The notes: generated by a model from the sequence alone, not told the origin. Positions 14,476 to 28,106 are shown, counted from the first letter of the stretch. The stretch: 64,000 bases of DNA from Octopus bimaculoides (GCF_001194135.2 NC_068998.1:7537231-7601230), one strand, 5' to 3'. A program made the numbers and translations.

Positions 14476-16319
14476 CACACATACATACATAATACATACA
14501 TACATACATACATACACACATAAATGCCGTATGTAAGTATGTATATATAAATGTCAGATTTCAACAATGACAACTAGTAAAAGTCCATGAGAGTCATTAC
14601 AATTCCTCATGGTGTCATGTTGCAACAAATTTAAAAGCAAGACAAATAATTTTCACAGATAGCTGCAGAATTCTTTTAACTTTCTCATTATCACAAGCAT
14701 GATAGCAAGAATTCTTTATGTATAGAAGACAAGGAAAATTACTCCTTTGCTGAATGAAATCTAGAAGTGATTTAATCCTAGAGTAAAGGCTGTTTATCAA
14801 CATAACATGGCAGTCCTGGTTTAGAACGAATGTTGCTGTAATTTAGCGCCAGAAGACATCGTCTCCAGCTAGCCAAGCTTACGTCAATTCTTCTGTGGTA
14901 CTGTGTTGCATTCATGATAAAATAGATATACACAAATCATAATTATAATTTTAAAAAATTACAGTACAGTTTCTACTTCTGAAAATCCATGAAGTAAATA
15001 TAACAAAGAATTTAGTAAAATAACTTAGTTATCATTAAGCTGGTGCTTGGAACATAAATTGTGACTAAGATTTGGTGGAAGATTTTAATTCAAAACTTAT
15101 GAAAACAAGACATTTGTACTACAGAACCAGAAGCAGCTTCAGCTGAGTTGGTATCAAAAGGGTGAAATAACAACTGTCATGTGACTATGTTGAGCATAGC
15201 AATAAACGTATTTTGTGTATCACTGAAAAGTTACAAATACTGATTTCTAAGTAATATTTTAAGTAAAAGACAAGAAAGCTTCTCCTCTTGTTTGCATGAC
15301 AAAAAAATTCAAGCTGCATCAGATATATTCAGCCCAAATATTGTACCTGTTTTATGCTTAGATTCAGCTTGTCACACCGAACCTGCAATGTCATTTTAAA
15401 ATAAACAATCACATTATCAAAATCTCACTGTTATAAAATAATGCACGATTAATTCAAAGCAACATGAGGGACTAAGCATTACATATGCCCGTGTAATCTG
15501 AGCGCATGGGCGCAATCTAGATACAAACAGGTTAACAGGTTAAAATCTTGATTCTTTTCAGCATAACATCCAGAAATATTGACCTTCATATTCCAGAAAT
15601 CACAACATATAACCCCTTTTCATTTCATGACCCTGTATACATCTACAACCCACTCCAAACCATCTCACCATATCCCATTTCCTTCCCTTCTTTCCTTCAT
15701 CTCTTTTCTTTATTTTCTCATTCTTTCCCTTTTCTTCACTCCAATGTCTCTTGAATCTCACTGATCCATTCTTCTTGTAATCTTCTCTTTTACGAAACGG
15801 CCTTCCTGCCTTTGTAAGAGTGTTTTCAATGACAAGAATCTAACCTCATCTCTGATAGCATGTCTTCAAAAGCTGATTCTTCTAAACTGACAAACCAATG
15901 CAAACGTTATGTATTGTAACTACTGGAACAGATCAATAAGACATTAATTTAGTACTGTACCTGCTTGAAGTTTAATTGAACTGTTTTGCAGACTTTTAGA
16001 ATTTACATCAGAAGTTATGAGACAGAGTTCATATTTAGCAATATACCTTGATTTCTGTATCCTTACCCTATATAAACACATTAATTCATCCGAGAGGATA
16101 CTGTACATATATTCAGGAAACAAATCTTTCATATATTTGTATGTAATGGCTCTAATTATATACAGAGCGACAATGGTTTATTCCGTATGAAAGCATATAA
16201 AATTTAAGAGGTCAAGACTGGCTAAAAGGTAAGTCCATGCTACTTCATGCATGGGTTATAGATGAACGTGTGAAACATATTTGTTATGCAGATTGAATTG
16301 GTATTATTTTTATTTATTT

Positions 16320-16625
16320 ATGCGCCTTTTTAAAGTCTAGCCAGGTTCATGGGACCGGTTTCCCGGTTTCTATGGCATATGTGCTCCCCCTCCCCCCCGC
16401 TAGACGGGACACCAGTCCATTGCAGCTTTTTACTCAAGAAACAGGAAGAAAGAGTGAGAGAAAGTTGGAGCAAAAGAGTACAACAGGGGTCGCTATCACC
16501 CCCTGCCGGAGCCTCATGTGTTTTTCACTCAATAAACACACAAAACGCCCAGTTTGGGAATCGAAACCACGATCCTCCAACCGAGAGTCCGCTGCCCTAG
16601 CCACTAGGCCATTGCACCTCCACAA
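16320..16625 (-). mobile_element. tRNA-derived SINE, family D
   Basis: Minus strand head TGGCCTAGTGGCTAGGGCAGCGGACTC..GGTTTCGATTCCC (A and B boxes), body with ACCCTGTTGTACTCTTT, and (TAAA)n tail. A related partial copy lies at ~31925-32235. Confidence 0.8.
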
Positions 16626-17606
16626 TTGGTATTATATCTTTTTTTTTTATTTATTCTTTTGTCGTTTTCTTTTTTTTAATTTTCTATTTTGTGTTTTGTA
16701 TTTCCAGATTGTAAGATGTTACAAGTCATCTTTCTCCTTTATACTACGAATAAGTTTGAAACAATCTTTGAAAATTGAAGGAAGCTTGGGGCAAGCTGAG
16801 AATATCAAATGATTGTAGTTTCGTAAAGAACTGACATGAACTCTGAAATCAATCTTTGACAATTTCAGATGATCCAAATATTCCTTTTATCAGTCTTAAA
16901 CCCATAAACTCCTATGAACTAGGAGTACAAAAAACAAAACAAAAAACAAAACAAACAAAAAAAATTGCATCAACACTTTTGCAATAAACTCGCTCCCTAA
17001 ATTTATCCCTTTTTCACTCATTTATAAATCTCATTATCATTTTCCTGATATCATTTATTTTTCTTTTCTGCATCAAATTCATGCTTCCGTATTTCAGATC
17101 CAAATATTTTTCTATTTTTCTCTCCCAGTCTTGATAGTCTGAGAGTAAATTCCCTTGTCTTAAATGTTGAAAGTTCACAGTTTTGTGCCTGAGGTAATGT
17201 CAGAATGCAACAGGATTGTTGCTCCGTTAACATTGCCTGGTATTATATTGAACTTAATTCCAACATGACAGCCTTAAGAATTACATGGCTCACTTGAAAA
17301 GAAACTATAAGCGACTGCCAATATTAGTATTACCCAATGAAATTAAATTGAGGTTCTGCATTAAATTATTGAAAATGCTTTCGTTTATATGTTTGTTGCT
17401 ACAAATATTTATGTCTGTTTGTATGTATATTTTTACGTATACATTTACAAATTAGTTGCTCTCTGCAACCTGAAAGATATTTCCTCATCCAGGGAGGGAG
17501 CAAGAACGGCTGAGTGTGCTGCCCAGGTAGACAAACTTGTCTACTACCTTCACAATTGTTCATGTATGTATGTATGTATGTATTTATTTATTTATTTATT
17601 TGATAG

Positions 17607-17825
17607 CATGGCAGTGAGCTGGCAGAAGCGTTAGCACACCGAGGGAAATGCTTAGCGGTATTTTGTCTGTCTTTATGTTCTGAGTTCAAATTCCGCCGAG
17701 GTCGACTTTGCCTTTCATCCTTTTGAGGCTGATAAATTGAGTACCAGTTGCCTACTAGGGTCGATCTAATTGACTGCCCCTCCCAAAAAATGTCGGGCCT
17801 TGTACCTAGAACAGAAACGATTTCT
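17607..17825 (+). mobile_element. Family A SINE
   Basis: Colinear with 42794-43025. Confidence 0.85.
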
Positions 17826-18386
17826 TATTTGACAGCATGAAATAAATCATTGCCAAGAGGTATTTCTGTCTGAAAGGAATCATCACTGTTTTTGAAGAAC
17901 ACTTAATAAATTCATTTCATAAACTACCCACTGATATTTGGTTCTCTTCCCATATTATCTTGCTATTTAAAAATGTAGAAGATTGACAATAGTCATCTTT
18001 ATAGATGGCAAGAAAATCCTCTCAATATCGTTTTAGATATGATAAAAATGATCTAGCTCAGCTTCTCTGCCACTTTCAGGATATTTTCATTCATTTAACA
18101 AAACTGGTCTTGAAAGCTGATATCAACACTTATATACCCATACATACATACATTCATACATACATATATACATACATACATGTATATATATCATCATCAT
18201 CATCGTTGTCATTTAATATCCTTTTAAGCGATATATTTGTATATATGTATACGTAAGTATATACATGTATTCATACATACACACATATACACACACACGC
18301 ATATATATGTACAGACACACACATAAACACACATATATACATACACATGCATATATGTATGTGTGTATGTATCGGTATGTTTTTAG

Positions 18387-18427
<41 letters not shown>

Positions 18428-18446
18428 ATCTATCTATCTATATATA

Positions 18447-18482
<36 letters not shown>

Positions 18483-19113
18483 TGCATATATATGTTTATA
18501 TATGTATCTAAGTATCCTGACATCTTCAGTGATGTGTCGGTCAGTATCTTTGTCGCAGCATGCTACATCAAGGATGTTACGCCAACATAAGATGTCCAGG
18601 GCAAAAGCACTAAATGTTACAAAGTTTATTCTTAGTTAATGGAACACAACATGATGTCATTAATGGAATCTGTCGCAAAGAAAGCAAAAGATCATAAGTA
18701 GCTTATTGGAATCATTCTTTTCAATGCTTCTATTAATGACCTTGAATGTAGAGTTTGGCATAGGAGGAATCAATAATTTGTCGATCACTCTGATCTTATT
18801 TGAAATATATGATACACGGTATCTGTGAAGTTAAGGTCTTGCACCGGTGACCATTTGATCTTGATTTCACACAATGCTAAGACCACTATGAGTGGTTTTG
18901 AAAACACTTTCAGCCAACTTACTCACACTGTCTATGTCTCTCTCATACATGTCTCTCACATTAGAGGATAAATATTAACATATTTATCCACTCGTATATA
19001 ATTTATGTATACCTATCCATTCATGCATATACACTCACACAAACACACACACACACACACATTAACGTTTTGCTTAGGTATAGCGATACTAAATAACCTC
19101 ATGCTAGAACTCA

Positions 19114-19337
19114 ATACGAGGGGGGGTGCTGGAAAGTTCCTGGCTTTGGTTAAAAGAAACTACAGGAGGATCAGTTAATTATGATTTTAATGAACATATT
19201 CCCCTCTCATGTTCACACACATATTGTAGTGTCCCTTCAGTTTATCTAAACCCTCTAAAAGAATTCAGAAGGTTGGGCCTCCGACCAGGCCTTTCGTGAG
19301 ACCCTTAAACCCAGAAACTTTACAGCACCACTTGTAT
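19114..19337. mobile_element. Mariner-type MITE
   Basis: Left end TACGAGGGGGGGTGCTGGAAAGTTCCTGG and right end CCCAGAAACTTTACAGCACCACTTGTA are imperfect inverted termini, each ending in TA. About 220 bp with no ORF. Confidence 0.7.
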
Positions 19338-19652
19338 CTCTCACCCTCCCTCCCCCTCTTCCTCCCCCTCTATCCAATTGTAGCTTCATTCTGGGTGTGG
19401 TGATGGCCAGAAGGAGAAAAAGGAGCAGGGGTGAAGGAGGAGAAGAAGAAGGAGGAGAAGAAGGAGGAGAAGAAGAAGAAGAAGAAGAAGAAGAAGAAGA
19501 AGAAGAAGAAGAAGAAGAAGAAGAAGAAGAAGAAGAAGAAGAAGACATACTGAGTTGCTGTTCAAAGTGCCAAAATAGAATTATGGAAATATTTCATTCT
19601 GACAGAATTAATCTACAAAGTGTGCAGTACAGCCAACTTTCACTAGGAACGT

Positions 19653-19671
19653 CATGTTGCTTAGCAACATG
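19653..19671. promoter_or_regulatory. Palindromic RFX X-box-like site
   Basis: CATGTTGCT-T-AGCAACATG, perfect 9-bp arms containing GTTGCTTAGCAAC. Confidence 0.45.
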
Positions 19672-20709
19672 TACTATGCTTTTGCCAAATGTTTTAGATG
19701 CTTGTTTTATCAGATGCGTATGTGGACACCCTCTCAGACCCCTCATGTTTGTTCAAACTGAACATTACATATGTATGACAGAGAGAGAAAGGGAGAACTT
19801 CACTAGCATCCAGAGGGTGTTCATTGCAGGTGAGATGATCAGAGTGTCATAAAATGAAATACCTTGTTCAAGGAAGCAGTGTGTCACCAAATCTAGGAAT
19901 TGAACCCACAACTTCGTGATTAGGAAGTGAACACTTCTGACAATCAAACTACATGTCTTCACTCTCCAAAAATAATCTATCGGTAAATGGTATTTGGTGT
20001 TATCTATATTATGTTCCCTATAATTACATTTCTTGATGTTTACCCATCCAGCCCCTTACAAAACCCCTCTTTTTACCACAATTAAGACTCATAGGAGATA
20101 GAAAAATATTTTTTTATCAGTTAAAAATGACTATTAAAAGAAAAAAAAATGGGAATTTCGCTTTGTGAGTGATATGCGTTAACTGTCACAATCTCTCCAT
20201 ACCAACGCGATATAGCGCTAAGTGTTGGAAAACAATCTTTACACTTAATTCTACCCCACCGCACATTATCTAGCATATTTTGCTGACTGCTTCGTGCTTG
20301 ATCAAAATAAACTGAGAGCCACTCACCACAGCCATAACCATAACGACAACAACAGTAACAATAAGAACCTCAAATGGTGATGATGGCTTCAGCAACAGTT
20401 TTAGCCAACATAAATCATTGCAATAAATGAATTATTTATCACAGAGAGAAGACTTTCATTGAAACTACGGCGTCAAACATGACAAAACATCACAAGGAAA
20501 AAGCATATGTTAGCAAGTTATTTGCACTCTGTTTCCAAACTCATTATCTGTTGTTGTTTTTTTGTGTTGTTGTTGTCTTTTCACCCAGTCGAGATAATAA
20601 CGGATCTTTTATTCATATTTATCAAGTCATTTAGATATTGACTTTGTAATTATTTCTGAGTGGCATAGAGTGAAGTCATTTCCATTTTTATTGATTACCT
20701 TATCATAAT

Positions 20710-20845
20710 CTTTCTCTGTCTTTATCTCCCTATCACTCCTTCACTTTCTCTGTCTTTATCTCCCTCTCTCTCCTTCACTTTCTCTGTCTTTATCTCCCTC
20801 TCTCTCCTTCACTTTCTCTGTCTTTATCTCCCTCTCTCTCCTTCA
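20710..20845. repeat. 34-bp pyrimidine-rich minisatellite, 4 copies
   Basis: Unit CTTTCTCTGTCTTTATCTCCCTCTCTCTCCTTCA. Confidence 0.95.
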
Positions 20846-20884
20846 CTTTCTCTCTCACCCTTCTGTCTGTCCGTCTGTCTCTCT

Positions 20885-20976
<92 letters not shown>

Positions 20977-21336
20977 CTTTATCTCTTACCTTCGCTACTG
21001 TCATTTTCGTTCTAATGTGCTAGCATTTATTCCCATGAAAATGTTATTTAAAAGATATTGATGACATGAAAGAAAAAACAAAAAAAGCAAAACAAAACAA
21101 TAATATAATCATGGTTTATAAGCTTTTTTTTGTTTGTTTTCCGTTTCGTTTTATTTTTTGTTTTTGTTTTTGTGTTTTGTTCGGAGGAGAAATAGAGATA
21201 TCCAGCATACGAGGATTGGAAAGCAAACAATTCTCATAATTATAGTTCTACTGAGATTGAATACAAAAAAAAAAAAAGAATAAAGAAAAAGAAAATAAAG
21301 AAACAAAAAGGACAAACGGACAAATATATAAACAAA

Positions 21337-21359
21337 GTTGCCGGAAGTTACTAGCAAAC
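21337..21359. promoter_or_regulatory. ETS site overlapping X-box-like half sites
   Basis: GTTGCCGGAAGTTACTAGCAAAC contains CCGGAAGT (ETS consensus) and GTTACTAGCAAAC. It lies in a local CpG-richer patch (~20.1-21.9 kb). Confidence 0.4.
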
Positions 21360-21662
21360 ACAACATTCCAAAAATAATAGCATTTTTAGACATGGTACAC
21401 ATTAAGCTTTATCTGTTTACACATGTCCAATTCCAATAAACATATTTTAAAAAATAAGAAAGAAACCTCATGTATATATATATATGGCCCAACATAGCCA
21501 CAGGTGCATGCCTGCAAGTAGTAAAAGAATAATAAAGGAAGACATATGAGACATAACCAGCTGAAATTGATTCTGTGGGCAAGTTATTTGAATGATTGAG
21601 GTCTCAAGGTGAATTTTATTTTTTGTAAATGTTTTGGGTATGTTGTCAATTCAGTTGAGTAA

Positions 21663-22012
21663 ATGTCTGGAAGTTATGTCATGGTAAATTGCAGGGATGA
21701 AAGAGAAGGTAAACTACACATGAATTGAACTTAAAAAAGTTATGCGATGAGCTACCGGTCAACTGTTTAGAAATAAAATATTACAAATATATTAACTCTT
21801 TTGTGACCGTCTTAATAGTAATAGTGTTAACATGACGATATGCATAAATGTAACTGAAAGCTTCTTGTCTGCTACATTCCCTAACTGAGTGAGTAATAAA
21901 TTTGCACAGCTCTGAAGATCAACGGTTGAACTAACTTGCCTGCCACCTCAGCTACTTACTCTGAAGATATGAAATAGAAACTGCAAGATAGAAGTGATTG
22001 AGGTGATTGTGT

Positions 22013-22049
<37 letters not shown>

Positions 22050-22059
22050 NNNNNNNNNN

Positions 22060-22106
<47 letters not shown>

Positions 22107-22669
22107 TTGTATGGGTCTTTGTGTTTCTCCTCCATTACTGATTGACAACCAGTTTTGGTGTGTTTATATCCCCTGTAACATAGTGGTTCTGCAAAAGAGA
22201 GCAATAGAATAAGCACCAGGCTTTAAAGAAACAAAATAAGTACTGGGTGGAGAGGGGTCAATCTACTTGACTAAAACTTCTTCTAGGCAGTGCCCCAACA
22301 TGACCACAGTCTAACAACAAAAATAAGTGAAAGAACAAGGGAGTATATGCCTAAAGAGATGTGGCTTAGAGCGTAGGGTTTGGGGTCATGATCATAATGT
22401 TATGATTACAATTACTTGACTGTATGCATCCGTGTATGCCTTTGAGACACATAGATAACAAAATCAACTTGGTTCCTTCTGGAAAGGAGACGACATAGAG
22501 TAGAGACATCTGTTTAGTGATGCAGGAGACAAAACAAATCCTCGAGAGTTGGCACTACAATAAGAATGCATCCAGTACATTCTGTAATATGGATGTGGAT
22601 AGGAAGATCTACCAGTTGTTGCAGAAAATCAAAATTGAAAAGTATGAGATATATGGGATCCTTAGTTTT
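21663..22669 (+). CDS. Candidate first coding exons (21663-21708, 22518-22641 or 22669) just downstream of the 21.3-kb promoter-like site
   Basis: ATG..AAG|GTAAAC joins in phase 1 to TTTAG|TG, giving MSGSYVMVNCRDEREVMQETKQILESWHYNKNASSTFCNMDVDRKIYQLLQKIKIE. The next acceptor (22724) has a stop in every frame, so the model does not extend cleanly. Confidence 0.3.
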
Positions 22670-23172
22670 GTATGTTGTATTATGAATTTCCTTTATGACA
22701 AGGTCATATTTTATGTTTTCTAGGAGAGGGATATGATAATAGAATAAGCAACAAAAGAGACAAAGAATGATTCTGCAAAGAAACAAAATTACATCAGAAT
22801 ACAGGCAGAACTACAAGTGAAAATGTTAAAAGATGCAAAGGTTTTTTATATAGCTTTTACAGCGTTTAATGTACACAAATATATACACATGCATACTTAC
22901 ATACAAAACATACCTACATGTATATTTATATATTCACATATATGTACATACACACACACATATATACACACATATGTGGATATATATACACACACATACA
23001 CACAAATAAACATATATAAATATATCCTTGTTTCTTTCAGTGTTCTTTTCTGTGGAAGAGCGTAGGCTCAAAATGTTAAAGACTTTTTCACTTCCAGAGC
23101 ATTATACTAATACATCTGTTTGTTGTCTACACTACCTGTCTTCGTCTTTTGTTTTTTTTTGTGAATTCTCCC

Positions 23173-23210
<38 letters not shown>

Positions 23211-25085
23211 CATATATAAATTTATATAAATAAGGATAAGATCGTTATTTAAAATACCGATCATATCAAGTGGCTAGCATGGGAATAAAAACCTCATAGT
23301 AATAATTATTATTAAAATTATAATCAAGGGTATCTAAAAGATACCAACATGCTAGATATAGCAGTCAAAACTTGACACTAAAGTCACATCAAATATTCAT
23401 ACAGTACCAGGAGAGAAGACAAAGAGACAAAATAAACTAGTAAATTATTATTGGATAATTTTAGATCCTGGATTTCTGGCTTTGCATAAGAAATGCTTTG
23501 CCTCAACTGTAGAATATACACAAATTTTAATATGTATACATATGTGTAGCTATGCTTTGTAAGTAAGTATACATGTATATGTATTTGTGTACATTAAATG
23601 CTGTGAAAGTTATATAAAGATGTTTGCATCTTTTAACAATATATATATATATTTCTAAAGAAGCGAACATTATTATATGTACAAATAAAATTTCTTTTGT
23701 TTCTGTATATATGTGTTTAAATTTAAGGTTGTGAATCTTTAGAATTCCTGACACTGCATGGGTAAATTTTATGTAAATTATGCAAATTATCCATCAATTT
23801 GATTTAGATCTGACATATTTAATAACAGAATTTTTTTTTTTCTTTTGGAATAAGTATTTCTCTTTTATACTTACCATTGTCTTTTCTATTTTTGGTTTCT
23901 TAATTTCTTACATAAAAAAAAAATGTAACAACACTTTTTATTTGGAAAAGTTTACAAAAAATGTTATTTGTTTTTTTTTGTTGTATTCAGACTTGCATAT
24001 GAATACGCAAACAATTTATATATTTATATACATACATATATATATATATANNNNNNNNNNNNNNNNNNNNNNNNNNNNNNNNNNNNNNNNNNNNNNNNNN
24101 NNNNNNNNNNNNNNNNNNNNNNNNNNNNNNNNNNNNNNNNNNNNNNNNNNNNNNNNNNNNNNNNNNNNNNNNNNNNNNNNNNNNNNNNNNNNNNNNNNNN
24201 NNNNNNNNNNNNNNNNNNNNNNNNNNNNNNNNNNNNNNNNNNNNNNNNNNNNNNNNNNNNNNNNNNNNNNNNNNNNNNNNNNNNNNNNNNNNNNNNNNNN
24301 NNNNNNNNNNNNNNNNNNNNNNNNNNNNNNNNNNNNNNNNNNNNNNNNNNNNNNNNNNNNNNNNNNNNNNNNNNNNNNNNNNNNNTCTACATGAGTTGTT
24401 CAATAAAACAAATGCCAAGAAGAAACTTATGTATATATAAATGAGTGTACACACACGCACACACACACACATATGTATTTTTTAAATTCTTTTACACATT
24501 TCAGTCATTTGACTGTGGCCATGCTGGAACACTGCCTTAACGGGTTTTTTTTAATGAAAGAGATCGAACCTAGGACTTACCATATTTTGCAGTGTATAAA
24601 GAACCCCATAATTTTTTTTGGGGGGGGGCTTAAAATTTGGAAGAAGGGCAAAACAAAATATAAAACTGACTTCAATTTGAACTCAGAACATAAAGCTATG
24701 TGATTAAATAACTCCAGTTCATTTTATCTGCTCGTTTGTCATTTCTGCCATATGCTACTCTAATGAAATTACAACATCATAAAACTTTGTGGATAATAAT
24801 TATTTTTCTCCCACTACAATCAAGATTAAAATTACATGTGTCTGCATAATAAATAGTATTTGGCTGTTAAGCTTTAGCCACCCTCTGTTATTTAAGGAAA
24901 CACTCAATGATATTGGTCAGTGTGTGTAAAAGTCATGCGTATACTGGTATAATCATGCACATTGAATTGGATGTTGTTTGCTGGAGATTATTTTAATTTC
25001 AATTGATTAAAATCATCATTAAATATCAGATGGGGAAAGATCAGGAAATGCAGAGGTCAGACCTGATAAAGTTAACTTCAAAGAC

Positions 25086-25116
<31 letters not shown>

Positions 25117-25627
25117 AATTTTTAAACGATTTTTATAATGAAAATATTTATCAACATTGAAGTAAAAAATTTCATTTTACCAAGGATAGACTTAATAATG
25201 AATTCCAACAAAGTCATGAAAATTCAGATTTCTCAGGATGAGTTTTTACAGGAGGCTGACATTCCTATGTTCTTCAGCTCAAAATATAATGGTTGCGTAT
25301 ATTAACTCCTTCTGCCCTCCTCTGCCATCTTCTTCTCATGGGCTTTAACAATTTCCCAAAGTTCCTAAAACCCAGTTCCATCACTGAGGTATGGCTTGTT
25401 ACTACACATCAGTAATTTTCTACCCATTCAATATTTGGGTTTTATGCTGGCTTGGGTTCGACAGTGCAATAGGATCTGATGAGCCAGAGGACTGGTTTGA
25501 GCTCTGTAATCTTTCACTGCATGGTTTCTAAGAACTTTTACAATAAATCTGTTTTATTTTATTATTGCTAGTAAGGTTGTCCTTTTATATTATTTACATT
25601 TGACAGATATTTGTCCTCGTCTTGTTT

Positions 25628-25668
25628 GCTAACACGTTTCAGATGATATACCCCACAACCTTCATCAG
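25628..25668 (-). ncRNA. Hammerhead core with intact CUGAUGA and GAAAC in the inverted fragment
   Basis: Minus strand reads CTGATGA-AGGTTGTGGGGTATATCATCT-GAAACGT-GTTAG. Both core strands are canonical, stem II is weakened, and the 5' arm of stem I is cut off at the inversion junction. Confidence 0.6.
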
Positions 25669-25738
25669 GGCATATAGCATAGTGGTTAAGAGCGCAGGCT
25701 ACTAACCCCAAGATTCCGAGTTTGATTCCAGGCAGTGA

Positions 25739-25809
<71 letters not shown>

Positions 25810-25865
25810 TTAATAACGTTGAAAAATATCTTAGGAATGTGAACCCAGGCTCGAAATTTCCCCAA

Positions 25866-25911
25866 GACACCTGATAAAGGCTGGAGACTATATCAGCCAA
25901 AATGTTGTGAT
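25866..25911 (+). ncRNA. Degenerate type I minimal hammerhead ribozyme motif
   Basis: GACAC-CTGATAA-A-GGCTG(GAGACTATAT)CAGCC-AAAATGTT-GTGAT. Stem II is a perfect 5 bp; both core strands carry substitutions. Confidence 0.65.
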
Positions 25912-27095
25912 AACAACAAACAAGATGAGGACGATTATCCATCAAATGTAAATAATATAAATAATGTAAAGAGTGTACATAATTCCTCATCTCATAAATA
26001 TAGAGGTTGTCCTTTTGTCAAATTGAAATAAATACCAAATCCTTTAGTTACATATATGATGAAAATCACTCCACTGCTTTCAGTGGGAGGAAAACAATAG
26101 ATGGTTATTTGATTTGTTGTTTATGTACTCTGACTCAGTCCATTAAGTTTGTTACTGCCACTATATTATTCATTGTATTGTGAACACATTACAGCTCCTA
26201 AATTTGCAGATATCAACAGAGGAATATATCAATCAAGTTCTGAAGTTACTTTAATTTTCAGGTTATACATTTACCTGAAATCTCTGACATTTTACTTATG
26301 TTATAAAACATCGTTAGAAAGGGGACCACTGTGGATAGAAAATGGGTTAGAATTTAATGATCTTGATTTACAGACAAAATACTTTCCAACATTAGATTTC
26401 AATTTCTTAAATAAAGGAAACTCAGTGATATTACACACACACACAATACATTAATACTAACTTACATTATTTCACACATAGTATGCCATACTACTACACA
26501 ACATCTCACGTATATACATATACATATACAATCACACACCTCTATTGCTACATGAACACGTACATGCACTCCACATCTGACTGACACAACTGATATGATA
26601 CACAGTATCAAACACACACAAATCGCACAATTTGACATGCAGACACATCATGCCACTTCGTACATCACACACTTCGTGCTATACTGTACTCATTACATAC
26701 ATGCCACAGCAAGCACATATGTGCCAGTACAACCTTAGATGTACATCTCCACCACATCATACAACACAAATGTATGTAATACCACATATATGTACACTAT
26801 ACACACATACCTTTCACTACCAAATGCATCACACCATAGCACATAACATGCTTCAAGCACACACATACAATGTAATAATAATGATAATAATAATAATAAT
26901 AATGAAAGAATAGAAAATAAAATTTAAACAATCGAAATACTTAAATGACTAGAAAATTATTTTCATCAAAAATATATTTGAAGAGAAGAAATTTGTTTTA
27001 TTTTCACTTTATTATTTACATTTTTTAATGTTTTTTTTTATAATTATCAAAGTTTTCCAAAAGTAAAATTTAAAAGTAAAGAATAAATTTATTGC

Positions 27096-27141
<46 letters not shown>

Positions 27142-28071
27142 NNNNNNNNNNNNNNNNNNNNNNNNNNNNNNNNNNNNNNNNNNNNNNNNNNNNNNNNNNN
27201 NNNNNNNNNNNNNNNNNNNNNNNNNNNNNNNNNNNNNNNNNNNNNNNNNNNNNNNNNNNNNNNNNNNNNNNNNNNNNNNNNNNNNNNNNNNNNNNNNNNN
27301 NNNNNNNNNNNNNNNNNNNNNNNNNNNNNNNNNNNNNNNNNNNNNNNNNNNNNNNNNNNNNNNNNNNNNNNNNNNNNNNNNNNNNNNNNNNNNNNNNNNN
27401 NNNNNNNNNNNNNNNNNNNNNNNNNNNNNNNNNNNNNNNNNNNNNNNNNNNNNNNNNNNNNNNNNNNNNNNNNNNNNNNNNNNNNNNNNNNNNNNNNNNN
27501 NNNNNNNNNNNNNNNNNNNNNNNNNNNNNNNNNNNNNNNNNNNNNNNNNNNNNNNNNNNNNNNNNNNNNNNNNNNNNNNNNNNNNNNNNNNNNNNNNNNN
27601 NNNNNNNNNNNNNNNNNNNNNNNNNNNNNNNNNNNNNNNNNNNNNNNNNNNNNNNNNNNNNNNNNNNNNNNNNNNNNNNNNNNNNNNNNNNNNNNNNNNN
27701 NNNNNNNNNNNNNNNNNNNNNNNNNNNNNNNNNNNNNNNNNNNNNNNNNNNNNNNNNNNNNNNNNNNNNNNNNNNNNNNNNNNNNNNNNNNNNNNNNNNN
27801 NNNNNNNNNNNNNNNNNNNNNNNNNNNNNNNNNNNNNNNNNNNNNNNNNNNNNNNNNNNNNNNNNNNNNNNNNNNNNNNNNNNNNNNNNNNNNNNNNNNN
27901 NNNNNNNNNNNNNNNNNNNNNNNNNNNNNNNNNNNNNNNNNNNNNNNNNNNNNNNNNNNNNNNNNNNNNNNNNNNNNNNNNNNNNNNNNNNNNNNNNNNN
28001 NNNNNNNNNNNNNNNNNNNNNNNNNNNNNNNNNNNNNNNNNNNNNNNNNNNNNCACACACACACACGCACG

Positions 28072-28106
<35 letters not shown>

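Larger units (their letters stand above)
25587..26003 (+). mobile_element. Composite short retroelement: inverted 3' fragment + tRNA-like head + (TAA)n + hammerhead-bearing body, with 13-bp TSD
   Basis: AGGTTGTCCTTTT occurs at 25574-25586 and 26004-26016. The tRNA-like head is at 25668-25740, (TAA)n at ~25744-25815 and the hammerhead-like motif at 25866-25911. 25587-25668 is a reverse-complement copy of ~25870-25960. Confidence 0.8.

Noticed and set aside
19255-19852. Poly-Glu / poly-Ser ORFs
   Set aside because: Translation of a (GAA)n microsatellite; no splice or domain support.
25476-25500. CTGATGA as a hammerhead start
   Set aside because: There is no downstream GAAA or stems; it is part of a degraded family C repeat.
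25668-25740. Functional tRNA gene
   Set aside because: There is no acceptor stem or oligo-T terminator, and it is embedded in a repeat. The same holds for the other tRNA-like heads, which are SINE promoters.
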